NCBI RefSeq assembly: GCF_964204645.1
Contig: NC_134028.1
Location: forward strand, 12,819,263 to 12,883,262
Length of the DNA: 64,000 nt
Source: Tubulanus polymorphus
Lineage: Eukaryota > Animalia > Nemertea
Reading direction: 5' to 3'
The notes below the pieces were generated by a model. It worked only from the letters and a program-made list of their open reading frames with translations, was not told the DNA's origin and did not search any database. Of this stretch, positions 63,190-64,000 are shown piece after piece. The position numbers and the translations under genes are program-made. Position 1 is the stretch's first letter, and each line of letters opens with the position of its first letter.

Positions 63190-63890
63190 AAGAATTTAAA
63201 AACCAGAATTTATTTATTCAATCAAAAATATATAAAAGACACGACGTTTCGATCTCACCCTAGAGATCATCGTCAGGTGTGAGATTAAGATTAAAAACGG
63301 GGGTATATATACAGAGGAGGACAGGTTAATTGAGTAAATTGGTGAGTGAGTAAATAATTAGTGTTTGGCAAGGCATGAAGTAATATACTTAGAAAGAAGG
63401 GAATTATGCGTAGAAAGCCATTATTTAAATTGGTACTAATATCTGAGTGACGAGTAATTAGGGCAGACTCAACTATGTGGCGTTTAGTGTAATTGCTGGA
63501 AGTATAAATAATTTCGGCTTTATCAAAATTAAAACGATGACCAGTGTTCCAAACGTGATTGGCTACGCCACTAGCCGGTTTTTGATTTATTATATCCTTT
63601 TTGTGTTCCGAAATTTGAGTTTTTAAACGACCAGTTTCTCCAAAGTAAATTTTATCACAGCCAAAAAAAGGAATTTTGTAAACTCCGCAGTCCATAGGTT
63701 TAGATTGATTGTTTTTAACCAAAGTCTTACTAATTTTGTTTTCATGCGTGAAAATGATTTGTTTATCCAATAAAGGGAGAGAGTGACGAAACTTTTCCAA
63801 AACAGGTACATACGGAACTAAAATGAACTCTGAAATGTGTTTTTTATTTTCTGGAGGTTTAGAATTGAATAACCATTATAAAAACATAAT
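63190..63890 (-). mobile_element. Penelope-like element 3' part (GIY-YIG endonuclease + pLTR); related ~85-bp fragment at 62500-62583
   Basis: GVYKIP..CDKIYFGETGR..R/QISEH..S.VANHVWNTGHRFNFD..IVESALI..N.NNG. Confidence 0.9.
63239..63280 (-). ncRNA. Minimal type I hammerhead ribozyme in the Penelope pLTR
   Basis: Minus strand: ACAC CTGACGA T GATCTC-TAGGGT-GAGATC GAAA C GTC GTGT, immediately downstream of the GIY-YIG stop codon. Confidence 0.8.
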
Positions 63891-64000
63891 CACGAACGGT
63901 ACCATCACTCCCCATTACTGACTGTCACTGCATTATGAGAATGCCGGTGTGCTAGCGTATGTATTTAACACCCGTATTGCTCGGGTTAATTTTACTACGA

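Overview
AT-rich eukaryotic (probably invertebrate animal) genomic DNA, dense in transposons. It is not prokaryotic: it contains spliceosomal GT-AG genes. (1) 1-~12,300 is a decaying endogenous Polinton/adintovirus-like element. It carries a small membrane protein, a putative penton (minor capsid) gene, a C2H2 zinc finger-VLTF3 (poxvirus late transcription factor 3-like) gene split by a Helentron-type insertion, and a protein-primed family-B DNA polymerase. The polymerase's catalytic motif C (YID|TD) is interrupted by a ~354-aa intein with a LAGLIDADG endonuclease. Almost all of these genes start at TAAATG. A second relic of the same family lies at ~61.5-62.9 kb and shares a covarying hairpin. 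(2) A host UBFD1 gene has six coding exons at 21,209-55,945. Its 20-kb intron holds an IS3EU-type DNA transposon (DDE transposase plus a spliced SAM-HECT gene), which itself hosts an RT-less BEL/Pao LTR element. (3) The rest is Gypsy, CR1, DIRS and Penelope remnants, two minimal hammerhead ribozymes, HINE/DINE-like repeats and MITEs. The standout is the Polinton-like element combining NCLDV-type features (pol-c intein, VLTF3, TAAATG starts). All calls are motif recognition by eye; no searches were run.
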